A DNA stretch of 49,931 bases from assembly GCA_902795775.1 (NCBI GenBank), contig CADBMP010000262.1, positions 1 to 49,931 of the forward strand. Direction: 5' to 3'. Shown here piece after piece: positions 1 through 9,303 of this stretch; position 1 is the stretch's first letter; each line of letters opens with the position of its first letter. The notes below the pieces were generated by a model that was not told the DNA's origin, searched no databases, and saw only the letters and a list, made by a program, of their open reading frames with translations. The position numbers and the translations under genes were made by a program. Source of the DNA: an uncultured Lachnospiraceae bacterium. Its GTDB lineage: Bacteria > Bacillota > Clostridia > Lachnospirales > Lachnospiraceae.

Positions 1-658
1 CCGGTTCTGCACCGCTGGCGATTGCTTTTTCAACCTCCTCCGGGTCAAATCCCCCTTCCGGACCGATGAAAATTCCCACAGACTCCCTTGTACATGCTTC
101 CCTCACAATTTCCCTGGAACGGTCGATACCATCCTGCAGCTCATACGGAATGATACTGCACTCCAGCTCTTTTGACATCTCAATGGCCTGCTCCATGGAC
201 ACAGGCGTTAAAACCTTCGGAATAATCCCCCTGTCACTTTGCTTTGCTGCCGCCTCTGCAATCATCTGCCACCGTTCCTGCTTTTTCAAAAGCTTCTTTT
301 CATCTGTAAGCTTCACCACAGAACGTTTCATCTGCACCGGAACAATTTCATGTACGCCAAGCTCTACCGTTTTCTGAATAATGAACTCCATTTTATCTTT
401 CTTTGGAAGTCCCTGAAATAATGTTATCTTTGTACGCAGCTCAGTGCCTGTTGCCTGCGTTTTTTCAATATTCAGGCGGACCTCATCCTTATTCAGGGAT
501 AAAACCCTGCATATATAGTCCCTGCCAAGCCCGTTACAGGCAGCCACCCAGTCTCCCGGTCCCAGCCGCAGTACATTTTTTATATGATTTACATCAGAAC
601 CCAAAATAACAATCTCATTTTCATATATCTGTTCTTCTGAAATATAAAACCGATACAC
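1..658 (-). CDS. rsmE: 16S rRNA m3U1498 methyltransferase RsmE (3' end runs off the window)
   Basis: Not in the ORF track. Manual translation from GTG at 658 (RBS AAGGAG) gives MYRFYISEEQ...HIKNVLRL...KDKMEFIIQKTVELGV...AAAKQSDRG...IFIGPEGGFDPEEV, all typical RsmE motifs. Confidence 0.95.
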   Translation of the reverse strand, partial: MYRFYISEEQIYENEIVILGSDVNHIKNVLRLGPGDWVAACNGLGRDYICRVLSLNKDEVRLNIEKTQATGTELRTKITLFQGLPKKDKMEFIIQKTVELGVHEIVPVQMKRSVVKLTDEKKLLKKQERWQMIAEAAAKQSDRGIIPKVLTPVSMEQAIEMSKELECSIIPYELQDGIDRSREIVREACTRESVGIFIGPEGGFDPEEVEKAIASGAEP

Positions 659-703
659 CGTTTTCTCCTTTACTTTAAAAGCATTCAAAACCTTCCGGTA
701 ACA

Positions 704-739
704 AAAATCCTCTGCTCCATGCCAGAAACAGAGGATTTT
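704..739 (-). terminator. Rho-independent terminator after the FliD-like gene
   Basis: Inverted repeat AAAATCCTCTG...CAGAGGATTTT with a T-tract on the minus strand. Confidence 0.7.
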
Positions 740-771
740 CCATCGATATCCACATCACTTTTCAAGTTTCA

Positions 772-1563
772 TTACATATACTGGTCTAATAACGAGCTGA
801 TGTCTATACTCTTATAATTACCGGTCTGACTGTACGAAGATGTAGAATTTGCTGCAGCATAAGCAGCCTTAGAAACCGCAGATGCTGCATTTGATACGCG
901 GTCAGCAAAAGAGCCGTTTCCTGTAAACAAAGACTTCATCTTTGAAATATCTGCCTTTCCAAGCTTTTCTTCATCCAGTACAAGCTGGTTATCTTTCCCC
1001 ACAGTAATTCCAATGTCTTTTAACAATTTTGAATTAGAATCTGCTGCCTTTGTAAGATTCAAAGCCTTATTCTGTACAGTTCCAGATTTTGTTTTTTCTG
1101 CTGAAGACAGCACATTATTATAATCAGATACAAATGACTTTACTGCAGATGCAATTCCCTTTCTGTCATAAGTATCTTTTCCTTCGCTGTCCTTGCCTGT
1201 TGCCTGATACAGGCTCCTCGTCTCCAATGCAACAGCAGAATTCTTCAGGCTGTCTGCAGCAGACTTTGCTGCCAAATTCGGACTATTCTCCTCTTTCTGC
1301 TTTTTGGATGCCTTAGAAGAAGTCTCTGTGCTATCCTCAGTCGTCTTCTTTGCTTTTGTTTTTTTCGCATCAGACGTATCACTTTCTTCCTGTGTTTTAT
1401 AATACGCTGTCAAAAGCTTTTTATACGCACCTGATTTAATCATAGAATAATCACTGAGCATTGTGTTCTTGCCGCCAAACAAAGCATTCGCCAGACCCGC
1501 ATTATTATTCGTATTTGTACTATTAAATAAAAATCCGTAATTTCCAGCTCCACCTATTGCCAT
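772..1563 (-). CDS. Hypothetical protein with FliD (flagellar cap) C-terminal-like segment
   Basis: ORF 772..1638; likely start ATG 1563 after AAGGGGGAG. AVKSFVSDYNNVL and LKDIGITVGKDNQLVLDEEKL...SLFTG resemble FliD C-terminal motifs. Confidence 0.6.
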   Translation of the reverse strand: MAIGGAGNYGFLFNSTNTNNNAGLANALFGGKNTMLSDYSMIKSGAYKKLLTAYYKTQEESDTSDAKKTKAKKTTEDSTETSSKASKKQKEENSPNLAAKSAADSLKNSAVALETRSLYQATGKDSEGKDTYDRKGIASAVKSFVSDYNNVLSSAEKTKSGTVQNKALNLTKAADSNSKLLKDIGITVGKDNQLVLDEEKLGKADISKMKSLFTGNGSFADRVSNAASAVSKAAYAAANSTSSYSQTGNYKSIDISSLLDQYM

Positions 1564-1641
1564 ATCAATCACTCCCCCTTTTGAACCTTGCGCATATACT
1601 CCGGAATACTCCCTAACGGACAGAATATTCCCTTTCATATT

Positions 1642-1668
1642 ATATCGTCAAATCTTCCTAAAAATTAA
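1642..1668 (-). promoter_or_regulatory. Putative sigma28 (FliA/SigD) promoter
   Basis: Minus strand reads TTAA-N15-GACGATAT, against the consensus TAAA-N15-GCCGATAT. Confidence 0.55.
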
Positions 1669-1763
1669 CCCTTTTTCCGGACTTTGTCACAGTTCACACA
1701 CGCATGGTCCGTTTCACACATTCATGTCACCGAAAACAACACAAATCCATTAAAAATCATGTT

Positions 1764-2612
1764 TTACTTAAATTCCAGCATGTTCTGCGTATGGAAAAAA
1801 CGTGTAATACGTGCCAATACCTTTTCCTTCTCGGCATCTTTTAAAATATACCCCTGAAGATCCAGTCCCAGAACACTTGCCACGCCCTGTTTATCATCAA
1901 CAGCAGTTAAAAGAATGATCGGCACTCTTTTTGTGGCAGAATCCCCGCGCAGCATCTTTAATATTTCCGCCCCGCCAGAATCCGGCAGGTCAAAATCCAA
2001 AAGTACCAGATTCACCGGGTTCTCTTTTAAGAAAGCAATTGCTTCCTCCCCGGTAGAAACCACAGAAATATGATATTTGACCTTCATCCAGTCCCTGACT
2101 GTCTTTGCATAATCCGAACCGTCATCCACCACCAGAATTTTTTTCTTCATTTTACCGGCGGCATAGCCTGATATGTACTCCTTTACATATCCCGCAAAGG
2201 CATCCATGTCCAAAAGCTTATCGTACCATGCTGCAATATCTAATCCCGGCTCCTGCTTCCAGAGCTCCTCCCACTCCAACTTTGGTCCTACCACCACAAC
2301 GCCCTTGCCCGTATTATTCACAAGGTCTCTCATATAATCAAGGCAGCCGGAAACCTCGTCCACACTCTCTGATACATAAAGAATAAACAGGATAATATCA
2401 TTTTCCACTTTTTTAATGGCTTCTATTGTGGTTTCAATACAAACCGGCTCAATTTCATGTTCCTTCAGCTTCCGCTCAATTCCATTGACAATAACTCCCT
2501 TTCCCACGCTAAGAATAGCAACCGGCGCAATCTTTTCTTCTGCTTCTGCTTCTGCTTCTGCATTTTCCGTATTTTGCACATTCTCCACTATATATTCCTC
2601 CCTTTCCATCAT
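1764..2612 (-). CDS. Response regulator: C-terminal receiver plus degenerate N-terminal receiver-like domain, no output domain
   Basis: C-terminal KILVVDD...LVLLDFDLP...ILLTA...YILKD. The N-terminal alpha/beta region lacks the acidic pocket. Sigma-A-like promoter TTGAAG-17-TACAAT at 2715..2687. Confidence 0.8.
   Translation of the reverse strand: MMEREEYIVENVQNTENAEAEAEAEEKIAPVAILSVGKGVIVNGIERKLKEHEIEPVCIETTIEAIKKVENDIILFILYVSESVDEVSGCLDYMRDLVNNTGKGVVVVGPKLEWEELWKQEPGLDIAAWYDKLLDMDAFAGYVKEYISGYAAGKMKKKILVVDDGSDYAKTVRDWMKVKYHISVVSTGEEAIAFLKENPVNLVLLDFDLPDSGGAEILKMLRGDSATKRVPIILLTAVDDKQGVASVLGLDLQGYILKDAEKEKVLARITRFFHTQNMLEFK
2538..2561. repeat. (TTCTGC)4 in-frame microsatellite encoding AEAEAEAE
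   Basis: Four exact hexamer copies, read directly. Confidence 0.9.
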
Positions 2613-2760
2613 AACTGCCGTTTACAGCTTTATGCTCCCCGGCAGCACCAGTCACTTTAAAGACCGAAACTTTACACAACTCTTTTATTGTATCAGCATA
2701 TGTGTCATTCTTCAAGATTTTTTGTAAGATTTTCGTAAAAAACATCATAAAAGAAAAAAG

Positions 2761-2935
2761 GTAACTGTTCAGCCTTCCTACGAATCTATATAGATTTTTT
2801 ACTGAAAACTTATTTTCAAGTGAAAAATCTATATGGGTTCATAAGGTGTGATGATAATCAAGCCCAAAATATCCCGAAGAAAATTTGATATAATCAAATT
2901 TTTTAAGGGATATTTTGAGAAGGCTGAACTGTTAC
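2761..2935. mobile_element. MITE-like non-autonomous element, 175 bp
   Basis: 17-bp TIRs GTAACTGTTCAGCCTTC / GAAGGCTGAACTGTTAC (1 mismatch). Exact 8-bp flanking direct repeat GAAAAAAG (2753-2760, 2936-2943). Two internal hairpins; no ORF. Confidence 0.8.
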
Positions 2936-3023
2936 GAAAAAAGTAACAGAAAACAACAAAGACTTGCAATTCATTGTACAGTATGATACATTAGGTGAGA
3001 TACTGATTCTTGGAGGATTATAT

Positions 3024-3848
3024 ATGAATACTTCTAAAAAACTGATTTTTTTTGATATTGACGGAACCATTGTCACTGAAACCGGCGACTTATCCGAACG
3101 CTTTATCCCGTCTTCCTTTCAGACCGCACTAAAAAAACTCCAGAAGAACGGTCATCTGTGCTTTATCAACACAGGACGTTCCTATGCAGAGGTGGACAAA
3201 AAAATCCGTCTGCTGCCCTTCGACGGTCTTATATGCGGCTGTGGAAGCTACATCATGCACAATGACAGGATTTTATTTCACAAGACGCTTCCGGACGACC
3301 TGAAAAAAAGCATTCTGTGTGATGTGGAAAAATATCATCTGGAGTGGCTGTTAGAAGGCACTCGGTATGTATATTACAGCACCAGACAATATAACACATA
3401 TATCGGCAGCCTGATGCAGGACCATCTGGCCCTGGTTCCAGACGCCGTAAAACGGATTGACCCGGATACAGTTTCTGCAGAGGACAGTCCTGACTTCGAC
3501 AAACTCTGTATCTGTCTGGGAGAAGGAAACCATTTTGACGAATTTCACGAAAAATATAAAGATATGCTGACATTTATTGACCGAGGAAACCAGTTTTATG
3601 AAATCACCCCGCTCCATGTTTCAAAAGCCAGCGGAATCCGTTTTTTAGAGGATTATTTTCATTTAGACAGAAAAGACACCATCTCCATTGGCGACAGCAC
3701 AAACGACCTGCCAATGCTTACATACACCGCTTACAGCATCTGTATGGGAAATGGTGCCAGAGAACTTTTTGATCTGGTCGATTATGTTACGGATTCCGTT
3801 GGAGAAGACGGAATTCTCCATGCCATGCAGCACCTGAACCTGATATAG
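3024..3848 (+). CDS. Cof-type HAD-IIB hydrolase
   Basis: FFDIDGT, INTGR, SKASG and GDSTNDLPM motifs; ATG 3024 follows a GGAGG RBS. Confidence 0.92.
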   Translation: MNTSKKLIFFDIDGTIVTETGDLSERFIPSSFQTALKKLQKNGHLCFINTGRSYAEVDKKIRLLPFDGLICGCGSYIMHNDRILFHKTLPDDLKKSILCDVEKYHLEWLLEGTRYVYYSTRQYNTYIGSLMQDHLALVPDAVKRIDPDTVSAEDSPDFDKLCICLGEGNHFDEFHEKYKDMLTFIDRGNQFYEITPLHVSKASGIRFLEDYFHLDRKDTISIGDSTNDLPMLTYTAYSICMGNGARELFDLVDYVTDSVGEDGILHAMQHLNLI

Positions 3849-3907
3849 GCGCTGCATGCTGCGTCCGGCATGGACTTAAAAACTTCCTTGATGCACCCTT
3901 GTAAAGC

Positions 3908-4921
3908 TTACTCTCCAAGCATCTCATTGACTGCTGCAAGAGCCCCGTCATAATCAAATTCCTGGATACAGGAATTGACCTTATCCAGACCATCTTTATA
4001 AGAATCGTCTGCCCCTGCTATCATTTTTTCTAATAACTCAGTAATTTCAATAAATTCAAAATCTTCTATATGCTGCTTCAACTCCATCAGGTTACTTGAG
4101 AATTCAGAATCAGAAATGGTCGAACCGGAAAATTCCTGTGCCTTAAGCTCTGTATATTTATCTGCCGCCACAGCAAGCATGGCATTTAATTTCTTTGCCT
4201 TCTCAAGAAAAGCATCCATATTCTCCTCAATCGGACCAATATCCCCTGCCTTGGCAGCAAACTCCAGACTCTTTGCCTCCTCAGCCATCTCATCCGCAGC
4301 AATATTCAAGAAAATTCCCTTGAGGCTGTGAAAATGCAGGGAAAAACCTTCAAACTGCTTTGTTCCTTTAATGGATTCCAGGGCAATACAGTTTTCCTTT
4401 ACATTCTTTACACATACAGGAAGCACTTTCATATAGCTTTCTGCACTTCCGGTCATCAGCTCAATTCCTTTTTTGTAATCTACCCCATCAATTTCCTTCA
4501 GAATATCCTCCAGATTGATTTTTTCACCACCAGACACCACAGCCGTACTATCAATAGAAATGCCCATCTCCTGCAGCATATCCTCCAAAAGCTCCTGCTT
4601 TACAGGACGTTCCAGCAGATGCTCCACTTCTACTGTTGCAAATTCATCTCTCACATCCTTGTTCGGATTAGAGGAAACTCCGATAAACTGCGGACACTCC
4701 TCACCACGCATGACAAAACGTATTTTTTCGATTGTCTTGATTCCATCCATCTCCGGCATTAAGTGATCCACCAGCACCAGGGAATACTGCTCATGACAAA
4801 CGGCATTCACAGCTTCAATTCCCGAAGAAGCCTCATCCACCTCAAATCCCAGATTCTGTAACATGGTGGAAAGTACCACAATATTTGTCGCATTATCATC
4901 CACTACTAATACCCTGCTCAT
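3908..4921 (-). CDS. Receiver + HPt domain phosphorelay protein
   Basis: N-terminal VLVVDDN...VLVDHLMPEMDG receiver; HPt motif FHSLKG; start ATG 4921 after GGAGGAG. Confidence 0.85.
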   Translation of the reverse strand: MSRVLVVDDNATNIVVLSTMLQNLGFEVDEASSGIEAVNAVCHEQYSLVLVDHLMPEMDGIKTIEKIRFVMRGEECPQFIGVSSNPNKDVRDEFATVEVEHLLERPVKQELLEDMLQEMGISIDSTAVVSGGEKINLEDILKEIDGVDYKKGIELMTGSAESYMKVLPVCVKNVKENCIALESIKGTKQFEGFSLHFHSLKGIFLNIAADEMAEEAKSLEFAAKAGDIGPIEENMDAFLEKAKKLNAMLAVAADKYTELKAQEFSGSTISDSEFSSNLMELKQHIEDFEFIEITELLEKMIAGADDSYKDGLDKVNSCIQEFDYDGALAAVNEMLGE

Positions 4922-4994
4922 TTTTCTCCTCCATTCACGCACTCAGCCTGCATCCGGTGCAGGCAGCAAGCTCCTCCCTGCACCCTGCACATTT

Positions 4995-6059
4995 TTACAG
5001 AAACGTACTGAAACGGAAAACCGCAGTCCGTTCATATTCCTCTCCGGCCTTTAATACAGCATCCGGAAAGCCCTCCTGATTTATTGCATTTGGATAATTC
5101 TGTGTTTCAAAACAAATACCCGCAAATGGTCCATAGGTCACGCCGTCTTTCCCCTGCGTAGTCCCAAGCGTCGCAGCAGAATAAACCTGAATCCCCGGAA
5201 AGTCCGTAAAGACCTCCATCCTGCGGCCTGTTCTTGTATCCTGATACGTAGCTGCCCTTCCAATGGTCCCGCCGCAATTCCTCAGCACAAAATTGTGGTC
5301 ATAACCCGATACCGTCTTTTCATCCGGCGTATCTTCCCCAAGTCTTTCTCCAATAATATGCATCTCCCTGAAATCCAGAGCTGTCCCTTCTACAGAACGA
5401 AATTCACCGGTCGGAATCAGAATCTCATTCACAGGCGTATATTCATCTGCAAATATCTTCATCTGCTGATTTCTGACATCCAGGCATTTATGACCACCTG
5501 CCCCTAAATTAAAATAATTATGATTGGTCAGATTGATTACCGTATCCGCATCCGAAACTGCATGATATTCTATGAGCACTTCATCATTATCATTCAGCGT
5601 ATATGTAACGGTAAGCGTCAGCTCTCCCGGGAAACCCTGCTCCATATCCGGGCTGACCCTTGAAAAAGAAACGCTCTCACTGCCCTCTCCAGAATTGCAT
5701 TCAGCTTCGTATATCTGATGCTCATAACGCGTAAAGCCGCCATGAAGACAATTCGTTTTATCATTATCATCCAGCTCATATTTTTTCCCGTTCAATGTAA
5801 ACCCTGCACCGGCAATACGGTTCGCCACTCTCCCAATCACTGCCCCGAATGCCGGCTTGTTCGTTTCGTAATCAGCCACATTGTCGAACCCAAGGGAAAT
5901 ATCCTCAAATACCCCATTCCTGTCCGGTACATAAATAGAAAGTATGTCTGCCCCCAAATCTGACAAAATAAGCTTTAATCCGTTACTATTCTCTAAAATA
6001 TACTTTGTAACCTCTTTTCCATCTTTTGTTACCCCAAATTTTTCTGTCTGAATACTCAT
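4995..6059 (-). CDS. galM: Aldose 1-epimerase (galactose mutarotase)
   Basis: GRVANRI, LHGG, QGFPG, NLTNHNYFNL, YDHNF and CFETQ motifs. Confidence 0.95.
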   Translation of the reverse strand: MSIQTEKFGVTKDGKEVTKYILENSNGLKLILSDLGADILSIYVPDRNGVFEDISLGFDNVADYETNKPAFGAVIGRVANRIAGAGFTLNGKKYELDDNDKTNCLHGGFTRYEHQIYEAECNSGEGSESVSFSRVSPDMEQGFPGELTLTVTYTLNDNDEVLIEYHAVSDADTVINLTNHNYFNLGAGGHKCLDVRNQQMKIFADEYTPVNEILIPTGEFRSVEGTALDFREMHIIGERLGEDTPDEKTVSGYDHNFVLRNCGGTIGRAATYQDTRTGRRMEVFTDFPGIQVYSAATLGTTQGKDGVTYGPFAGICFETQNYPNAINQEGFPDAVLKAGEEYERTAVFRFSTFL

Positions 6060-6180
6060 ATCTGATCCTCCTCCGAACTATAATATTGCATGATACTATT
6101 TGCCAAAAATATATTTAGGTTTTTTGGACCTAAACGGCTCATGCGAAGTATGAAACTATTGTACCTTATCTTCTTTCACA

Positions 6181-7539
6181 TTACAAGTCCATTACGACAC
6201 TTACTTTCGTAATTCCACACGCCAAAAACGCATGTACCATTCCATCGGAAATACGTTCCCCACAGATGGCGATTGGAACTGCCGGCGGACAGGAGACTGT
6301 TTCGGCAGCACAGACACGTCCGGCTGCCTCCGTTACCGGAACCACCTCGCTCCTTGAAAATACAGCAGAACGAATGCTCATTGCCCGTTCTGTCTCCCAG
6401 TCAAAAAACGGATAACATTCCATCTTTTTTCTTTTTTTTCCGGAAAGGACAGACCTGTCTGCCCATATTTCAAGCCTTTTAAAATCTTCCTCCGTATTTT
6501 CCGGTGTCACCATTAACACCACCTGTTCCCGGTCTGCATATTCACATTCCATATGGAATTTCCTTAATTCCTCCGCAATTTCCTCTCCGGAATATCCACA
6601 TTCCGCTGTCTTTATCACAATTTTTAACGGCTCCCCTTCACGTATGAAAATTCCACGCCCTTTCAGCCGGGCCTTCACTTCCGTTACCCTTTCAATACAT
6701 TTCTCCAGCCTTTCTTTATATCCTTCCGCCAGATACCGGTTGCACAGATCAAGGGAATCCAGTACAAGATAAGACGGACTGGTAGAACCGAACAGGCACA
6801 ACGCCTGCTCTGCATAAGGAGCGAACCGTTCTGCATATTTTCTGTGAATATGCAGATATGCTCCGCCAGTCAGTACGGGAAGTGTCTTATGCGCAGAATC
6901 ACAGCAGATTGCCGCTCCCTGATCCAGAGGATGCCATCCCTTATAAAAATGCAGATAAGCCCCATGTGCATTGTCCACCACAAGCGGGACTCCGTTTTGT
7001 TCACAGACCTTTGCAATCCCTGAAATATCAGAAATTTCCCCCAGATAATCCGGTGAGGTCAGATAGACCGCCATGGGAAGTCCTCTTTTCTCCCCGGTCC
7101 CCTGCACACAGGCTGAAAGTGCCTGTTCCACCTCCTTAGGTGTTACTTTGCAGGAACACAGATTCCCTGTAAGCCCCTTCAAAAACTCCACATCCAAATC
7201 AAGTAATGCACAGGCATCCACCATGCTCCTGTGTACATTTCTTGCCGCCATAAGAAACGGTCTTCCTTTCCCTCCCCACTCCATCTTAAGAATTGCAAGC
7301 ATTGCCTTAATGCAATGGGAAGACCCCTCTGTGGAAAAATGTGTTGCCCCGCTGCCAAAAAGCATTCCTGCATTTTTCTCACTTTCCTTTATGATTCCCG
7401 TTCCCAGATGCAGTACATCCGCACCCTTGATTTCTGTAATATCATAAGAAAACACATGCCCCTTATGACCGGGCATGTGAAATCTTGACATTCCTTTATT
7501 TACATAATCTTCCACAAAATCAGCTACTTTCGTGTCCAC
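6181..7539 (-). CDS. PLP-dependent Orn/Lys/Arg decarboxylase-family (fold type I) protein
   Basis: FHMPGHKG, RNVHRS, DNAHGA, PLP-lysine motif DSAHKTLP, STSPSY. The GTG start overlaps the psd 3' end. Confidence 0.85.
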   Translation of the reverse strand: MDTKVADFVEDYVNKGMSRFHMPGHKGHVFSYDITEIKGADVLHLGTGIIKESEKNAGMLFGSGATHFSTEGSSHCIKAMLAILKMEWGGKGRPFLMAARNVHRSMVDACALLDLDVEFLKGLTGNLCSCKVTPKEVEQALSACVQGTGEKRGLPMAVYLTSPDYLGEISDISGIAKVCEQNGVPLVVDNAHGAYLHFYKGWHPLDQGAAICCDSAHKTLPVLTGGAYLHIHRKYAERFAPYAEQALCLFGSTSPSYLVLDSLDLCNRYLAEGYKERLEKCIERVTEVKARLKGRGIFIREGEPLKIVIKTAECGYSGEEIAEELRKFHMECEYADREQVVLMVTPENTEEDFKRLEIWADRSVLSGKKRKKMECYPFFDWETERAMSIRSAVFSRSEVVPVTEAAGRVCAAETVSCPPAVPIAICGERISDGMVHAFLACGITKVSVVMDL

Positions 7540-8405
7540 TGCACCTTTTTCCTCCCGATCCGTTCTCCCTGCTTCACAATCGTTTCAAAGCCAGCCTTTG
7601 TATTTTTCACGATATCTCCGTCAAGCTCTATCTTATCTTTCTCGAATGCAAGGATCACTGTGGAACCACCGAATTCAAAAAATCCCTTTTCCATTCCTCG
7701 TTTCACATGCATTGCTTCATGATGGTTCACAATTTTTCCCACCATCAGCGCACCCACTTCCATCATCAGCACCCGGCCAAAATTTTTGCTTTTCAGAATA
7801 GAAAACTCTCTTGTATTTTCCTTATAGACCGGATATTTTTCCCCGGCCAGCGGATTAACCGTATGAAGCACACCTGGAATCCTGTAATTTTTCGTTTTTT
7901 CTCCCTCATCTATGTATGCGTAATGATGATAATCGTCTACAGTCAGACGGAAGATCAAAAGCATCCCACCCTCATATCTTTTTGCCAAAGACTGATTTTT
8001 CAAAAGGCTTTCCATGGTATAAGCCGTATTCTTAATATAAAAATGCCCTGCGCGCGTAATCTTTGCCACGCTCAGCTTGCTGTCACAAGGTGCTGTAAGG
8101 ATTTCCGGGGTCTGAACAAAAGTACGCTTCCCCTCCCGTATTCTCCTTGTAAAAAACTGGTTATAGCTTTCATATTCCTCATCTTCATAATCCTCTAAGG
8201 AAATCCCGCTTTTCTTCACAAACAGCGGAACTGCGAACTTAGAAACGGAAGAATCCAGAATCCGTCCTCCAAGTCTTGAAACGCAGGGAGAAGTAAGTAC
8301 CTTTAACGCCTGCCTTCCAAATGAATTTCCATACAGGGCACGAAGCACCTTTTCCTGTTCCTCATTCCCCGAAACAATATTCCCCATCCTGTCCTTACTT
8401 TTCAT
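7524..8405 (-). CDS. psd: Phosphatidylserine decarboxylase proenzyme
   Basis: YNQFFTR, APCDS, RLTVDDYHHY, ENTRE and the self-cleavage motif FEFGGST; likely ATG at 8405 after GGAGG. Confidence 0.92.
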   Translation of the reverse strand: MKSKDRMGNIVSGNEEQEKVLRALYGNSFGRQALKVLTSPCVSRLGGRILDSSVSKFAVPLFVKKSGISLEDYEDEEYESYNQFFTRRIREGKRTFVQTPEILTAPCDSKLSVAKITRAGHFYIKNTAYTMESLLKNQSLAKRYEGGMLLIFRLTVDDYHHYAYIDEGEKTKNYRIPGVLHTVNPLAGEKYPVYKENTREFSILKSKNFGRVLMMEVGALMVGKIVNHHEAMHVKRGMEKGFFEFGGSTVILAFEKDKIELDGDIVKNTKAGFETIVKQGERIGRKKVQWTRK

Positions 8406-8533
8406 ACCTGACCTCCATTCCTGCACTCCGGGACTAATTTTCTATCCCATCTGCAGCCATAAACCATGCTCTCAAATTACCACACAAACAGCGCGAAACC
8501 GGCCGCCATGACATTATCTGCATGAAGTGCCTG

Positions 8534-9265
8534 TCACCGCCCCATTATGATATACCTGATGCGTTCAAAAAAACCGGTATTTGGAAACTTCCATTTTGGC
8601 AGACGATACTTAGAAAGCAGCACCATAATGACAATCGCAACTGCCACCACAAGCACCAGAACCGTAAGCTCCATGTTGTTCGGCTTTTTTAATTTAAAAT
8701 CACAAATGAACAAAAGTCCCACTACAAATAGTGTAACATGCAGCACCAGACGGAATAAATCGTCACTAATGAACGTCTGTATCATAAATACTAATGGAAG
8801 CACAATGGCCATGGAAGTAATCGGCAATCCATGATAATATTTATTGGCACCATCTTCATTCTGCTGCCGTCTGGTCTCCAGCACATTAAAAAACGCCAGG
8901 CGGATAACCGAACAGATACAGTAAAAGCAGATGATCAGCCAGCCAACGGTTCCTTTTACACCTAAAAGCCAGCATATCATTGCCGGATAAATTCCAAAAC
9001 AGATGACATCGCAAAGCGAATCAATCTGCATCCCGAACAGCTTTTCCTCATCTGTCCGGTTCTTCTTCGTCCTTGCAATTTTACCATCGAACATGTCACA
9101 AAGCCCGGATAATGCCAAAAGTACAATGGCAATCTTAAAATGCTGCTCAATCGCCTGCGTCATGCCGATGACCGTAAAGCACAGACTGATATACGTAAGA
9201 ACCACCGTATAATCATAAACTCCAATAAACCGTTTCTTTTTTGTTTTCTTTTCCACTGCTCCCAT
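8534..9265 (-). CDS. pssA: CDP-diacylglycerol--serine O-phosphatidyltransferase
   Basis: CDP-alcohol phosphatidyltransferase motif DMFDGKIAR...FGMQIDSLCD, plus RLAFFN and YHGLP; adjacent to psd. Confidence 0.88.
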   Translation of the reverse strand: MGAVEKKTKKKRFIGVYDYTVVLTYISLCFTVIGMTQAIEQHFKIAIVLLALSGLCDMFDGKIARTKKNRTDEEKLFGMQIDSLCDVICFGIYPAMICWLLGVKGTVGWLIICFYCICSVIRLAFFNVLETRRQQNEDGANKYYHGLPITSMAIVLPLVFMIQTFISDDLFRLVLHVTLFVVGLLFICDFKLKKPNNMELTVLVLVVAVAIVIMVLLSKYRLPKWKFPNTGFFERIRYIIMGR

Positions 9266-9303
9266 AAAGGAATTCCTCCCAGTAATTTTTTCGTCAGGCT
9301 GTA

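Noticed and set aside
66-609. Three short plus-strand ORFs at the window start
   Set aside because: They are antisense to rsmE, which the track missed because its stop lies outside the window.
7485-8198. 237-aa plus-strand ORF, and similar antisense ORFs (e.g. 10361..11053, 24698..25240, 43061..43615)
   Set aside because: These are shadow frames opposite well-supported genes, with atypical composition.
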